From the NCBI GenBank assembly GCA_031270395.1, contig JAISXU010000057.1, positions 18,363 through 82,362 on the forward strand: a stretch of DNA of 64,000 bases. The letters are read 5' to 3'. The notes beneath the pieces are model-generated. The model saw only the letters and a list, made by a program, of their open reading frames with translations. It was not told the origin of the DNA and did no database searches. The position numbers and the translations under genes were made by a program. Below, in pieces: positions 62,582-64,000 of the stretch. The stretch comes from Oscillospiraceae bacterium. Its GTDB lineage: Bacteria > Bacillota > Clostridia > Oscillospirales > Oscillospiraceae. Positions within the stretch are counted from its first letter, which is position 1, and the number at the start of each line of letters is the position of its first letter.

Positions 62582-63724
62582 TCAGTGCTCGTGCCCGCAG
62601 TCGCACGTCCTCTTGCGGTTGTCGATCGCGCCCTTGATGTCCTTGCCGAGACGCATGTTTTCAAGCGCCGCGTCGATGTCCTCCAGCTCATACGTCGCGG
62701 AGAGCATCTTCGAGAAATCGATCTCGTGGCGGTGCGCCTCGATGAATTTCAGCGCCTTGTAGAAGTGCTTCGCGTCGGCGGAGCCCGAGCCGATGACGCA
62801 GGCCTGCTTCTGCTGGAGCTTGTTCGGTATGAACTCCACGGGGTTGGGCGAGGTCTGGCCCATGACGAGGTACGTGGCGTCCTTGCACATAAAATCAAAA
62901 CCCTCGTTGAACGCGCTCTTTGCGCCGGCGGCCTCGATGATGAATTCCGCGCCGCGCCCCTCTGTGAGATCGCGGACGACCTGGACGCGCTCCTCGTGCG
63001 TCGTTTCCAGAATGTTCAGCGTCACGGAGGCGCCCCATTCCTTTGCCAGATTGAGCCGTTCCGCCGGGGCGCCTATCGTGACGACGCGCGACGCGCCCGA
63101 GTAGTATGCCAGCAGCGTGGAGTACAGGCCGATAGGCCCGCAGCCCTGCACGACGACGACATCGCCCGTGCCTATCGGGCTGTGCCTCTGCAAACGCTCA
63201 AAGCCCGACACCACGGTGCGGAACGCGCAGCCGACGCCGATAGCCTCCTCGTCGGTGACGCTCTCCGGCACAAGGACGATCTCCGTTTTAGGCGTCACCA
63301 TGACGTACTCGGCGAAGCCGCCGCGCAGATTGTCGGGATGGACAAACCCGTAGCCCGTGCCGAACGAGTTGCACATGTACGGCTTGCGCGCGACGCGGCA
63401 GTAGTAGCACTCGCCGCAGAACGGGTGCGCCCACATGATGCGGTCGCCCACCTTTAGCTCGCGGCATCCGATGTCGAGCTTGCGGTCGCCGCCTATGGCG
63501 ACTATCTCTCCCAGTGTCTCGTGTCCCTGCAATACCGGCGTGTTCGTCGGGATGGACAGCTCGTTGCGCGCCTGATGCACGTCCGTGCCGCATATGCCCG
63601 CCAGCAGTACGCGCGCGAGCACTCCGCCCTGTTCCAGCTCCGGAACGGGGACATCCTTGATCTCCAGCGGCTTGAAAGCCTCCGTAAGTACCGCCGCCTT
63701 GACCTTTGTCGGGATCTTGCTCAT
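62582..63724 (-). CDS. zinc-dependent medium-chain alcohol/polyol dehydrogenase
   Basis: GICGTDVH, GHETLGEIV, structural-Zn lobe CGECYYCRVARKPYMC, Rossmann segment VVVQGCGPIGL. 380 aa. Confidence 0.85.
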   Translation of the reverse strand: MSKIPTKVKAAVLTEAFKPLEIKDVPVPELEQGGVLARVLLAGICGTDVHQARNELSIPTNTPVLQGHETLGEIVAIGGDRKLDIGCRELKVGDRIMWAHPFCGECYYCRVARKPYMCNSFGTGYGFVHPDNLRGGFAEYVMVTPKTEIVLVPESVTDEEAIGVGCAFRTVVSGFERLQRHSPIGTGDVVVVQGCGPIGLYSTLLAYYSGASRVVTIGAPAERLNLAKEWGASVTLNILETTHEERVQVVRDLTEGRGAEFIIEAAGAKSAFNEGFDFMCKDATYLVMGQTSPNPVEFIPNKLQQKQACVIGSGSADAKHFYKALKFIEAHRHEIDFSKMLSATYELEDIDAALENMRLGKDIKGAIDNRKRTCDCGHEH

Positions 63725-63812
63725 AATATGTTTCCTCCTAAAAAATAATATTTCGCGGCTTAAATGGCCGCAGATAATAATTAAGTGTTACCGCAGGGGA
63801 GGGCCCTATGCT

Positions 63813-64000
63813 TCAAGCAGTCGATTGCGCGAACATGGAGTCAAACGAAATCAAATTGACGCCGCGCGCCGCCGCGTACCTGACGCAGCGCTGTGTAAAG
63901 CCCGCTTTTGAAAATATATAGAAGTGGCGCCTCGTGCAGTTAAACAGCCCGCCGCGGTAGACAAGCGTCTCCGCCGTATCCGCGTCCACTTTTTCGCCGG
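63813..64000 (-). CDS. 3' end of an unidentified gene (start beyond window edge)
   Basis: My translation of the minus strand is open from the edge to TGA at 63815-63813: ..GEKVDADTAETLVYRGGLFNCTRRHFYIFSKAGFTQRCVRYAAARGVNLISFDSMFAQSTA*. No family recognised. Confidence 0.25.
   Translation of the reverse strand, partial: GEKVDADTAETLVYRGGLFNCTRRHFYIFSKAGFTQRCVRYAAARGVNLISFDSMFAQSTA

Noticed and set aside
42608-63724. GRE-associated bacterial microcompartment locus
   Set aside because: No BMC-H/BMC-P shell protein genes, no PduL/Pta-type phosphotransacylase and no CoA-acylating ALDH signature were seen. The ALDH looks like a standard non-acylating family member.

Overview
GC-rich chromosomal window that looks like a spore-forming Clostridia-type Firmicute. 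This is inferred from spoIIID, the holB-ricT/yaaT pair, SLH wall-anchor domains and Gram-positive lipoprotein boxes. I call about 55 protein genes. I recognised no rRNA, tRNA, CRISPR array, transposase or integrase. Many long Arg-rich ORFs in the six-frame track are GC artefacts lying antisense or out of frame to real genes. Several track ORFs carry false N-terminal extensions, which I trimmed using RBS and overlap logic. Blocks in order: (1) a partial secreted phosphodiester-glycosidase-like gene. (2) 1.4-8.8 kb: an FTR1/P19-type iron-uptake operon (FTR1 permease, P19/Tp34-like lipoprotein, DUF2318 Cys-rich membrane protein, two FtsX permeases, ABC ATPase, FMN-binding lipoprotein). (3) A 1757-aa SLH wall protein made of Listeria-Bacteroides repeats. 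(4) Housekeeping genes: rnhA, a Na+/solute symporter, and an SDR-rnc-cca string. (5) A cobalamin-riboswitch-controlled operon with cobU, a CobU-like gene and BtuFCD-like importer genes. (6) ricT and holB. (7) A second FecCD-type importer operon led by a SAM methyltransferase. (8) A membrane-anchored linalool-dehydratase/isomerase-like protein, a degenerate truncated P-type ATPase and an SDR. (9) A MerR regulator, spoIIID and a beta-CASP nuclease. (10) 38.7-63.7 kb: the most interesting part. It is an uncharacterised glycyl-radical-enzyme (GRE) metabolic locus. It holds three Fe-S/flavin ene-reductase paralogues, a LysR regulator, a CUT2-type ABC importer, an NTF2-like protein, a GRE activase, an SDR, an MBL hydrolase, an aldehyde dehydrogenase and a Zn-ADH. 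The locus is interrupted by an AT-richer insert (SLH protein plus a candidate type I Hol-Tox toxin/antisense module) and by VapBC and MNT-HEPN toxin-antitoxin pairs. The intergenic DNA carries two families of modular hairpin repeats whose stems co-vary. One family brackets the GRE gene as inverted copies. Coordinates of non-coding elements were read by eye and may be off by 1-2 nt.
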